DNA from: Deltaproteobacteria bacterium
GTDB lineage: Bacteria; Desulfobacterota; Binatia; Binatales; Binataceae
Direction of reading: 5' to 3'
Length of the DNA: 33,505 nucleotides
NCBI GenBank assembly: GCA_021792265.1
Contig: JAJYVB010000002.1
Location: 1-33,505 of the forward strand
Shown here: in pieces, positions 25,939 to 33,505 of the stretch
Layout: every line of letters starts with the position of its first letter
Numbering within the stretch: position 1 is the first letter of the stretch
The notes under the pieces: model-generated
Seen by the model: only the letters and a program-made list of their open reading frames with translations
The model's database searches: none
Told to the model about the DNA's origin: nothing
Program-made: the position numbers and the translations under genes

Positions 25939-26553
25939 ATGCCCCGACTAGGCATGGTTATTGACCTCAAGCGTTGCATTGGCTGCAATGCGTGCGTCCT
26001 GGCCTGCAAGCAGGAAAACGGAACGCCTCCCGGAATTCATTTTGCCCGCGTGATCACGCGGGAGGTGGGCACTTATCCGCAGAGCAAGCGCACTTTTCTC
26101 CCGGTCCTGTGCAACCACTGCGACGACGCTCCCTGCGTCAAGGCCTGTCCCACGGGGGCCAGCTATACCCGCCCGGACGGCATCGTCCTTGTGGACAACG
26201 ACCTGTGCATTGGTTGCCGAGCCTGCGCGGTTGCGTGCCCGTACATGAACCGCCACTATGTCGCACCCGGCCTGCTCCAAGCCGGATATGATGGCAAGCC
26301 TCTAAGTCCCTACGAAGCCCTCAAGTATCTGGATTTCCAGGAAGGTACGACGAGCAAGTGTACGCTCTGTGCTCACCGGATCGACCGGGGACTCGAACCC
26401 GCCTGCGTCGTCACTTGCCCGACCGACGCGCGCATCTTCGGCGACCTGGAGGACCAAAACAGCCGGCCGCGAAAATTGATCGAGGAACGCAAGGGGTGGA
26501 CCCTGTTGCCGGAGAGCAACACCAAGCCAAGCGTGTATTATCTCGACGCTTGA
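25939..26553 (+). CDS. four-cluster 4Fe-4S ferredoxin-type electron-transfer subunit (PsrB/DmsB/NrfC-like)
   Basis: Carries CIGCNACVLAC, CNHCDDAPCVKACP, CIGCRACAVACP and CTLCAHR...CVVTCP motifs. No signal peptide. Confidence 0.85.
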   Translation: MPRLGMVIDLKRCIGCNACVLACKQENGTPPGIHFARVITREVGTYPQSKRTFLPVLCNHCDDAPCVKACPTGASYTRPDGIVLVDNDLCIGCRACAVACPYMNRHYVAPGLLQAGYDGKPLSPYEALKYLDFQEGTTSKCTLCAHRIDRGLEPACVVTCPTDARIFGDLEDQNSRPRKLIEERKGWTLLPESNTKPSVYYLDA

Positions 26554-26613
26554 GGGACGCACGCGGCTGGGATATTCGGAAGAGACCGAGGTCGAGATCC
26601 GTGGAAGGGAGAA

Positions 26614-27519
26614 ATTAAGACGGCTTCCGCCATTGCTCCTCATAAATTTGCGTTCGGCTATTATCAGCAGCTTTCGTGGAACTGGCTGATTGCCACGGCT
26701 TTCTTCCTGGGCGGGATCGGGGGCGCCCTCTTCCTGCTTTCGATGCTGACCAGCTACACGGCGGGAATGCTGGCTGGCTTTCTCATCGTGATGGTCGGCA
26801 AGAACTCCGCCCACATGCTCTTCCTGGGCCGGCCGTTGCGGTTCTGGCGTGCCGCATGGCGTCCGGATCGCTCCTGGATCGCACGCGGCATCTGGGCGAT
26901 GGGCATTTTTGCGATCAGCGGACTTGCGTGCCTGGCGCCGCGGCTGATGGGCCCTGCCTGGCAATTGCCTGCTGGGGTAGAAATGCTCGCCGAGTGGCTT
27001 GCAGGACTCTCGGCGCTATTCATCATGTTTTACGATGGCCTGCTAATGAGCGCGTCACCCGCCATACCTTTTTGGCGCACACCGATGCTTCCATTGCTGG
27101 TCCTGATGTACGCAACACTGGGCGGGACAACGCTCTCGCTGACTCTTCGTGGAATCATGGGGGTCAGCGACCAGTTTGTTCCCGTACTGCTCCAGGGTGA
27201 ACGGCTCCTGCTTCTGATCAACCTGCTCTTTCTGGGCGTCTACCTCTTGCGGATGTCCCGCTGGGCTCCAGCCTCGCGTGAAACCGTGCGGCTGCTGCTT
27301 TCAGGCACCTACGCGTGGGCATTTGTAGGAATTGTCGTGACGGTAGGACTGATCGCGACACTCCTGCTTTCTTTGGCTGCCGAAGGAACGGCCGGCGCTT
27401 GGCTGCTGATCGTGATCGCTGCCTGCGAACTGACCGGGGACTATACTCTTTTGCTGCTACTGCTCAAGTCAGCGCTCTTCACTCCACAGTCGGCATACCC
27501 TGTAGAAGCGGTTCGATAG
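26614..27519 (+). CDS. NrfD/PsrC-family polytopic membrane subunit (start codon unresolved)
   Basis: The first ATG (26743) falls after a clearly coding hydrophobic segment in the same frame (FGYYQQLSWNWLIATAFFLGGIGGALFLLS). That frame is open back to the upstream stop at 26551-26553 and contains no ATG, GTG or TTG. ATT at 26614 follows GGAAGGGAG. The product is hydrophobic throughout. Confidence 0.6.
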   Translation: MKTASAIAPHKFAFGYYQQLSWNWLIATAFFLGGIGGALFLLSMLTSYTAGMLAGFLIVMVGKNSAHMLFLGRPLRFWRAAWRPDRSWIARGIWAMGIFAISGLACLAPRLMGPAWQLPAGVEMLAEWLAGLSALFIMFYDGLLMSASPAIPFWRTPMLPLLVLMYATLGGTTLSLTLRGIMGVSDQFVPVLLQGERLLLLINLLFLGVYLLRMSRWAPASRETVRLLLSGTYAWAFVGIVVTVGLIATLLLSLAAEGTAGAWLLIVIAACELTGDYTLLLLLLKSALFTPQSAYPVEAVR

Positions 27520-27588
27520 ATGCCGTCTCCGCAGAATCGTCATTAGGCTGAAGCGGTGAATTCTCTGCGTTAGGATTTTGGTGTCAGT

Positions 27589-29334
27589 TCAGGCAGTTGT
27601 GCGCAATTTTGTGGTGGCGGCTTCGTCGACCACCAGCGTAAGCGGGTCGATTACGACACCGTAGACGTCGCGGGCAATCACAGCTGAAACCAACCCGTCG
27701 CGGACGTCAGTCAGGACCTGTTCCACCGGCCGCTTGCGCGGATCGCCGAACCCACCGCCGCCCGCGGAATAAATCTCAAACACGTCGCCCCGCCGCAAGG
27801 TATAAAAGGAGTTGCAGTCCACCGCTTGCTCGCTGCCATCCTGGTGGACGATGCGCAACCTGGAAGGAGCCGTCCCCAGGCCGCCCTCAATGCCCACGGG
27901 CGCAGTTTCGGGACGAATGCCGCTGCCGAAGTTAGCGCAGGCGATCTCGTCGGCAAGGACTTTCCAGCGGTACTTCACCCCCATCCCGCCGCGCCATCGG
28001 CCCGGCCCGCCACTGTCAGGAAGATATTCGTAATCGAGAAGCTGGTACGGCGAGGTCAGCTCGTGCAGTTCGGGGTCGGGAGAACGCAAGCCGCCGAGGC
28101 AAACCACGGTACCGATGTGGTCCCAGCCGTCGTAACCCTCAGTGGCGCCGCCGCCGCCCTTCGAAATGAAGTGAATGTCGGCGAAGAAACGCCCGGTGTG
28201 GGGGTTCCAGCCCATCGTTGCAGGGGCACACCAGCGAGACCAGACGGCCTGGACCTGCCCCGGAATTGCTTGCGCCAGGGCCAGCCAGCAAGTCTCGGTT
28301 ATGGTCTCAGCGGTGCTCAACGTGCATGCCGTAGTGGGTGCCGGCTCGTTGGGGTTTAGCAGCGAGCCCTGAGGCGCCACGACCACGATCGGGCGCGTGG
28401 CGCCGTCGTTATAGTGAATGTCCGGGCTCAGTGAGGCAAAAAGCCCAAGATGGGTCGCCGAAACAGTATTGGGCAGAGTGCTGTTGATATAGCCCTTGGC
28501 TTGTGGGTCGCTGTGAGAATAGTCAAAGGTGATGGTGTCACCCTTGACCGTAACCTGCAGGCGTACCGTGACGAGCTTGTCCTTCTCGATGCCGTCGTGG
28601 TCAATGGCCCGCTCCGCGGTGTAAACACCGTCTGGAATCCGGCCGATCTCCGTACGCACCTCCATCTCAGAAGCGTTGAGTAGTTGTTCTATGGCAGCGT
28701 CCAGGGTCGCCTTGCCGTACTTTGCAAGGAGCGCTTTCAGGCCACGCTCGCCGATGGCGGTGGCGCCAATCTGACACTGCAAGTCGCCGTCGACGAGGAA
28801 TGTTAGGTGGACGTTGCGCAGAATCATGTTCCAAACGTCGGAGCGCAACCGGCCCCGGTCAACCAGCTTCAGCGGGGGAATGCGCAGCCCCTCCTCCCAG
28901 GCATTGTGGGCTGCCGGGTTATAGCCGGCGACGCCGCCACCGCCGACGTCGGCGTGATGCCCCTTGGCCATTGCCCAGAAACACAGTTCGCCATTGAGGA
29001 AGACCGGCCGGGTTATCGAGATGTCGGGAGCATGGTTGTTGCCCCCGTAAGGGTCGTTGAGGATGAACACGTCCCCCTCGTTGATGTCGCCTTCGAAGGC
29101 CTTGGCGATTGCTCGTTGGGCGTACGGGGTGGCGGCGGCAAGCACCGGAATATAGTGGGTCTGAGCGACCAGACGGCAGTCCTGGTCGAAGACCGCGGTG
29201 ACGAAATCGCGCGCCTCTGAAAAGATCGGGGAGCGCGACGTGCGCAGCATCGTTTCGCCGATTTCCTTGGTGATCGCCTCAAGTCGGCTACCGATAACGG
29301 CGACCAGGACGGGCTCAATCGAGTTGCTGCTCAT
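27589..29334 (-). CDS. hyuB: hydantoinase B/oxoprolinase-family protein (HyuB-type subunit of an ATP-dependent hydrolase or carboxylase)
   Basis: The 581-aa product starts with DPVLVAVIGSRLEAITKEIGETMLRTSRSPIFSEARDF-type blocks typical of HyuB. Its ATG overlaps the upstream stop (ATGA at 29331-29334). Confidence 0.8.
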   Translation of the reverse strand: MSSNSIEPVLVAVIGSRLEAITKEIGETMLRTSRSPIFSEARDFVTAVFDQDCRLVAQTHYIPVLAAATPYAQRAIAKAFEGDINEGDVFILNDPYGGNNHAPDISITRPVFLNGELCFWAMAKGHHADVGGGGVAGYNPAAHNAWEEGLRIPPLKLVDRGRLRSDVWNMILRNVHLTFLVDGDLQCQIGATAIGERGLKALLAKYGKATLDAAIEQLLNASEMEVRTEIGRIPDGVYTAERAIDHDGIEKDKLVTVRLQVTVKGDTITFDYSHSDPQAKGYINSTLPNTVSATHLGLFASLSPDIHYNDGATRPIVVVAPQGSLLNPNEPAPTTACTLSTAETITETCWLALAQAIPGQVQAVWSRWCAPATMGWNPHTGRFFADIHFISKGGGGATEGYDGWDHIGTVVCLGGLRSPDPELHELTSPYQLLDYEYLPDSGGPGRWRGGMGVKYRWKVLADEIACANFGSGIRPETAPVGIEGGLGTAPSRLRIVHQDGSEQAVDCNSFYTLRRGDVFEIYSAGGGGFGDPRKRPVEQVLTDVRDGLVSAVIARDVYGVVIDPLTLVVDEAATTKLRTTA

Positions 29335-31451
29335 TGGGTGGTCTCCTTACGCGCCGGTTCGGCGGCGACATCGCTAGCGGGCTCGCCTTTGGCGTGCAGC
29401 AGGTAGTTCCCATACCGATCGCAAACGACGTTAAATGCGGGTGTAACGACGATGGTGGTGGTTGGTTGCTCGATAATGGCCGGCCCGCTGATACGGTGCC
29501 CCGGCAGCAGCTTGAGGCCTTCGAAAACGTCAACGGTTAGGAATCCATTTCCGAAGTAAGCTGGCCGGCGACCCTTAAGGGCCGCCGCGGAATCGGCCTG
29601 GCCAGCCTTCATTTCCTCGAAGCGTGGTTTTTTGGTCACCCCCCTGGCAGTTAGGCGCAAGTTGATCAGTTCGACCGGCGCGCCAGGCATCGAGTAGCCA
29701 AACAGCTCGTCATGGCGGCGATGAAAGCCGTCGAGCATCTTGCCCAAGGCTTCCCGATCGATGCGGCCACCGTGCAAGCCCTGGACCTCGACCTCATTAA
29801 ACTGACCAACGTAACGAAGGTCGACCGCATAGCCGAGGCTGATTGCTCCCTCGGCAATACCCTCAGCTTTGAGCGTGGTCATCGCCTGACGCTTCATCTC
29901 AAGATACAGGTTGTCAACCCGGACCATATCTATTTTGTCGAATTCTACCGGGTAGGAACGGACGTAGTCGTGCTTTAGATCCGACAACAGCATCCCCGCC
30001 GCACAGAACACCGAAGATTCACGCGGCACAAGAATGGTCGTGATGCCTAGTTCCTCGGCGATGGGTGCAGCATGGATTGGGCCGGCACCACCCGCCACCA
30101 CTAGGGCAAACTCCCGCGGGTCGAGACCGCGCCGCACCGAGACCACGCCGATCGCTGCCGCCTGGTGGGCGTTGGCCAGGCGGTAGATGGCGTCGGCCGC
30201 GGCGGTGACGTCGAGGCCCAGCGGATCGGCAACCCGCTCCTTGACCACTCGGTGCGCTGCTTCGGTATCGAGCTTGATACGGCCGCCGTGAAAATAATCG
30301 GGATCGAGATAGCCGAGCAGGAGATCGGCATCGGTGGTGGTCGGCTGATCCCCGCCGTTGCCATAACAAGCTGGACCGGGATCAGCACCGGCGCTGTGCG
30401 GACCTACCCGCAGGATGCCGCCCGCATCAACTCGCGCGATCGAGCCACCGCCGGCACCGACCGTATGGATGTCGAGCATCGGCACGGCGACGTGGTAGCC
30501 GCCAACCTCTGATTCGGTAGTTACCACCGGCGTGCTGTTGCGCACCAACGAAACGTCGAAGCTGGTGCCGCCAAGATCGCAGGTTATGATGTTGTCGTAG
30601 CCGTGGATCTTACCGTAATGAATCCCCGCGATCGGCCCCGCCGCCGGACCCGAAAGCAAAGTGTTGACGGCGAAGCGGCTGGCCATCTGCGGCGACATCA
30701 CGCCACCGTTTGACTGCATAATCAAGAGGATTCCGCCGAAACCGGCTGACGCGAGAGCCTTTTCCAGAGAATCAAGGTACCTAGCGAGAGGAGGACCGAT
30801 ATAGGCGTTCAGTACGGTGGTGCTATGACGCTCGTAGACGCGAATCTCCGGCAGCACTTCGCTGGAGATGGAAATGTAGGCGTTGGGCATGACCTCGCTG
30901 ACGATCTCCGCCGCCCGCCGCTCATGGGCCGGATTGACGAACGACCAGAGGAAGGAGATTGCAACCGCCTCCACCGCGCCGGCCTTGAAGCTCCGGGCCA
31001 CCTCCCACACCTCATCCTCATTGAGCGGAACCAGCACGTTGCCGTTCAGGTCAACACGCTCGCTGACCACAGCGATGCGGCTGCGCGGGACCAGGGCCGG
31101 TGGCGGCGAGGACTTGGACTCGTACTGGTTAGCCCTCAAGCCGCGACGCATGTTCAGGATGTCCCGGAATCCGCGCGTGGTTATGAAACCCGTCCTGGCG
31201 CCTCGGCCGGTCAGTGTAGCGTTGGTCGTGATCGTTGTCCCGTGGACGATGGTGGTAGTGTTCGCGAGGAAACCCGCAAGATCCAGACCATACCCCTTGG
31301 CGGCGACGGCCAAGCCCTCGAACACTCCCTGAGCAGGGTCGCGAGGGGTGGTTAGCGATTTGAAGATGTGGCTTTGCCCGTCTTCGTTGGTGACGAGGAA
31401 GTCCGTAAAGGTCCCACCAACATCTATGCCAATGCGAAATTTCATTACCAT
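29331..31451 (-). CDS. hyuA: hydantoinase A/oxoprolinase-family protein (HyuA-type, ASKHA ATPase fold)
   Basis: KFRIGIDVGGTFTDFLV phosphate-1 motif at the N-terminus, CDLGGTSFDV, and 706 aa. An alternative ATG lies at 31445. Confidence 0.8.
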   Translation of the reverse strand: MVMKFRIGIDVGGTFTDFLVTNEDGQSHIFKSLTTPRDPAQGVFEGLAVAAKGYGLDLAGFLANTTTIVHGTTITTNATLTGRGARTGFITTRGFRDILNMRRGLRANQYESKSSPPPALVPRSRIAVVSERVDLNGNVLVPLNEDEVWEVARSFKAGAVEAVAISFLWSFVNPAHERRAAEIVSEVMPNAYISISSEVLPEIRVYERHSTTVLNAYIGPPLARYLDSLEKALASAGFGGILLIMQSNGGVMSPQMASRFAVNTLLSGPAAGPIAGIHYGKIHGYDNIITCDLGGTSFDVSLVRNSTPVVTTESEVGGYHVAVPMLDIHTVGAGGGSIARVDAGGILRVGPHSAGADPGPACYGNGGDQPTTTDADLLLGYLDPDYFHGGRIKLDTEAAHRVVKERVADPLGLDVTAAADAIYRLANAHQAAAIGVVSVRRGLDPREFALVVAGGAGPIHAAPIAEELGITTILVPRESSVFCAAGMLLSDLKHDYVRSYPVEFDKIDMVRVDNLYLEMKRQAMTTLKAEGIAEGAISLGYAVDLRYVGQFNEVEVQGLHGGRIDREALGKMLDGFHRRHDELFGYSMPGAPVELINLRLTARGVTKKPRFEEMKAGQADSAAALKGRRPAYFGNGFLTVDVFEGLKLLPGHRISGPAIIEQPTTTIVVTPAFNVVCDRYGNYLLHAKGEPASDVAAEPARKETTQ

Positions 31452-31920
31452 CCCCGGGAAGACCCTTAGTATTGAACCAGGCCCGACATTTTTGGCGCTT
31501 CCAGCTATGGTGCCGCTGACCCAGAGCAGCCGTTATAGTAACAATTGCGAGCGTTCCTTCTATCCGCTGCTCGAACCCCCAGCCGGTTTAAGCTGCGGCC
31601 CATTTCCAAGAACGCTTCTCTACCCCCAGTCTACTGGCCGCTGACTCTGAAAGTAACCACCGTCCTCAGCCCACCCCGCCGGCGCGGCAAATGTCGTGGT
31701 CCTTCAGAGAATACGGCTAAAACGCGACCGGGTCAGCTAAGCCTCGGCCGGCAGAAAGCGCTAGTAAAAAGTATCCAGCACGACAAACGCGACGAGCATG
31801 GCGCGAGCGAACTGCCCTTCGCGCCGACGCTCAAATAGATGGTGTTGCATTCGACGCTAAGAAGCTTTTTATCGAGGAATCCTTTCGCGGCCGCCTAGCG
31901 GCGGATAGTCGAGCGACGGT

Positions 31921-31938
31921 TGGCACCAAGATGTGCCA
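31921..31938. promoter_or_regulatory. perfect inverted repeat TGGCAC-N6-GTGCCA
   Basis: Seen directly in the 569-bp spacer between the DUF1329 paralogue 2 stop and the hyuA start, about 470 bp upstream of hyuA. GG-to-GC spacing is one nt too long for a -24/-12 promoter on either strand, so I treat it as a possible operator or UAS. Confidence 0.3.
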
Positions 31939-32020
31939 CCCGTCGCCAACCCGTTTCTGCCCGCGCTCTGTACGCCTGATCCCGCCTTTTCTCGCGGGGC
32001 CAGACAATCTCCGGTGCCGC

Positions 32021-33370
32021 TTATCGCAAAATCTCACTCAGCCCCGTCACCGACGAATACCGCTCGATATTGTCTTCGTTCACGCCTTCATAGTTCCGGC
32101 ATGCAATCCCGCCCGCGGCGTGCCGGCCGGACGGCCCGGCAGACAGAAATAGCGTTTGGTGCCGGTTCTGCCAGTCAGTCGCCGTCACCATATAGTCTCC
32201 ACCGTACAGCTGAGGGCCTTCGAGCGGTATGAAATTGGCGATCTGTTGAAACGACTCAGTATTCCACAGTCGCCCGGCAGTGTCGTACTTATCAGCCCAA
32301 GGGCTCACGAACGACTGCGCATCTACATAAAGCATGCGCTTCTGAAGGCAGTACCCCGCCTGCTGAGACGGTATTCTCCGAACGTCGAGCAGGTACGTTT
32401 TCCTGACTTCCCACTTCGCCACGACCGGTTTCGGAAACAAAAACGGCAAGTAATAGTTATTAAACTGTCCAAACTCCTTAGGATCCGCTGTCGTAAGCAG
32501 TAGAATATACTTTGGGCCAAGGTACGTGGCGTTGAAGCGAGTGAGACCGCCGTTGAAACTGCCGCCCTTGATGTCGTCCTGAATGAAGTCGGTGCCGACA
32601 AACGGCGAACAGCGAGCGGCGCTGCTAAGCCTTAGGCTTCGCCGGAGAGCAGGGACAAAAAGAAACAGGTCTTCTTGCCTGAGCGGATCCTTGTAGTAAA
32701 GAGTCAACTGAGTGATGTACTTGGACTCTTCGGGAAGCACCACCTCGGTGTATTCTGCATAGTATACTCCGCCTCCGCGCGGATCATCGATCGGCTGGCC
32801 GACCGAACTGTTATAGGCCAGCTCGCGGTAAACAAAGTAGGTTTTTAAGGTTCTTAAGTTCCCGACCCGATCTCGCAAATAGACCCACGAATGATGATTG
32901 CAGTAAATCCAGGGGAACCATTCATACCAGGTGTCCGCGAGAAACTTGTACCCCTGCATCGGCGGTTGCGGATCCGGAAAGGGCATCCCGGCGACATAGC
33001 CGGTGACGGTATGGCGACCGTCGGGCAGAGTCACGATCTTCACGTTCTTGCTATACTTCTCGGTATTCTGCCAGAAGAGCGGCGGGAGCGGATAATTGTG
33101 GGTCGGGCCCACAACCATCTGGAAATCTGGCGGCAGCTGCCACGAACCGCCGGCGGTGAACATGAGCTGCATTCCCGCGGGCATGAACTCCTTGTATTGC
33201 TCCCAATTTTGGGGGGTTATAACCGTTCCGAGGGGAATCTTCTGCCAAGTTTTGACATCCTCCCGGCCAAAGGGCACGCTGCTTTGGGCCTGGGCAGCGT
33301 GCACCACGACGACGCAGAAAACAGCTACGACGAGGCTACTTATTAGTCCCGAACGCGTTCTTTTGCGCAC
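32021..33370 (-). CDS. DUF1329-family periplasmic protein, paralogue 2
   Basis: GTG 33370 is preceded by AGGAGA with a 5-nt spacer. The Sec signal is MRKRTRSGLISSLVVAVFCVVVVHAAQA|Q. The mature part aligns block-by-block with the 9603-11087 product. Confidence 0.8.
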   Translation of the reverse strand: MRKRTRSGLISSLVVAVFCVVVVHAAQAQSSVPFGREDVKTWQKIPLGTVITPQNWEQYKEFMPAGMQLMFTAGGSWQLPPDFQMVVGPTHNYPLPPLFWQNTEKYSKNVKIVTLPDGRHTVTGYVAGMPFPDPQPPMQGYKFLADTWYEWFPWIYCNHHSWVYLRDRVGNLRTLKTYFVYRELAYNSSVGQPIDDPRGGGVYYAEYTEVVLPEESKYITQLTLYYKDPLRQEDLFLFVPALRRSLRLSSAARCSPFVGTDFIQDDIKGGSFNGGLTRFNATYLGPKYILLLTTADPKEFGQFNNYYLPFLFPKPVVAKWEVRKTYLLDVRRIPSQQAGYCLQKRMLYVDAQSFVSPWADKYDTAGRLWNTESFQQIANFIPLEGPQLYGGDYMVTATDWQNRHQTLFLSAGPSGRHAAGGIACRNYEGVNEDNIERYSSVTGLSEILR

Positions 33371-33406
33371 CCCACTCTCCTAATTGCCGCTCAAGCCCGC
33401 CTAACG

Positions 33407-33422
33407 GGCATCGTAGCGGCCA
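33407..33422 (-). promoter_or_regulatory. sigma-54-like -24/-12 box upstream of DUF1329 paralogue 2
   Basis: The minus strand reads TGGCCGCTACGATGCC, with GG and GC in the canonical register. It ends 37 nt upstream of GTG 33370. The -12 half (ATGCC) is weaker than in the 7347 and 9478 boxes. Confidence 0.4.
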
Positions 33423-33505
33423 GTTATTAGCACAATCAGTCTGAGCTCTTTCCGGCCTCGAGACAGCGCAAATAATCTCGCTTTTTTTACGCTCTCCGTC
33501 AAGGC

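Noticed and set aside
1-33505. CRISPR arrays, IS elements with terminal inverted repeats, rRNA genes and long direct repeats
   Set aside because: Reading through the window showed no periodic repeat-spacer pattern, no transposase-like ORF and no rRNA-like conserved stretch. This is visual inspection only, so short or degenerate repeats could have been missed.

Overview
GC-rich bacterial window; the taxon cannot be determined from the sequence alone. It reads as a composite, sigma-54-controlled catabolic island for phenolic compounds. Left edge: the tail of an AsmA-like envelope protein and two lipoprotein genes. On the minus strand follow a Tat-exported IorAB-type molybdenum hydroxylase pair, a solitary UPF0261/Tm-1-like gene behind a near-consensus -24/-12 promoter, and an XylR/DmpR-type sigma-54 activator. 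Divergent from the activator, a second -24/-12 promoter heads DUF1329, a pchC-like cytochrome c, a Tat-signal ORF in the pchX position and a pchF-like flavoprotein. These are followed by phenylphosphate-synthase-like ppsA/ppsB and a single UbiD-family (de)carboxylase. A 1.06-kb gene-poor spacer holds a tRNA/tmRNA-like 3' fragment. Next come an HMG-CoA-synthase-like::DUF35 fusion plus an SCP-x-type thiolase, a 0.94-kb spacer, a signal-less Psr-like Mo/W-bisPGD oxidoreductase with FeS and NrfD-type partners, a convergent hydantoinase A/B pair and a second DUF1329 paralogue. I saw no CRISPR array, rRNA, intact tRNA or recognisable transposase. The most interesting points are the DUF1329 paralogues bracketing the island, the fused HMGCS-DUF35/thiolase module, the apparently cytoplasm-facing Psr-like complex whose membrane subunit lacks a canonical start codon, and the dispersed sigma-54-type boxes. 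All family assignments come from reading motifs by eye and from memory of the families; no searches were run.
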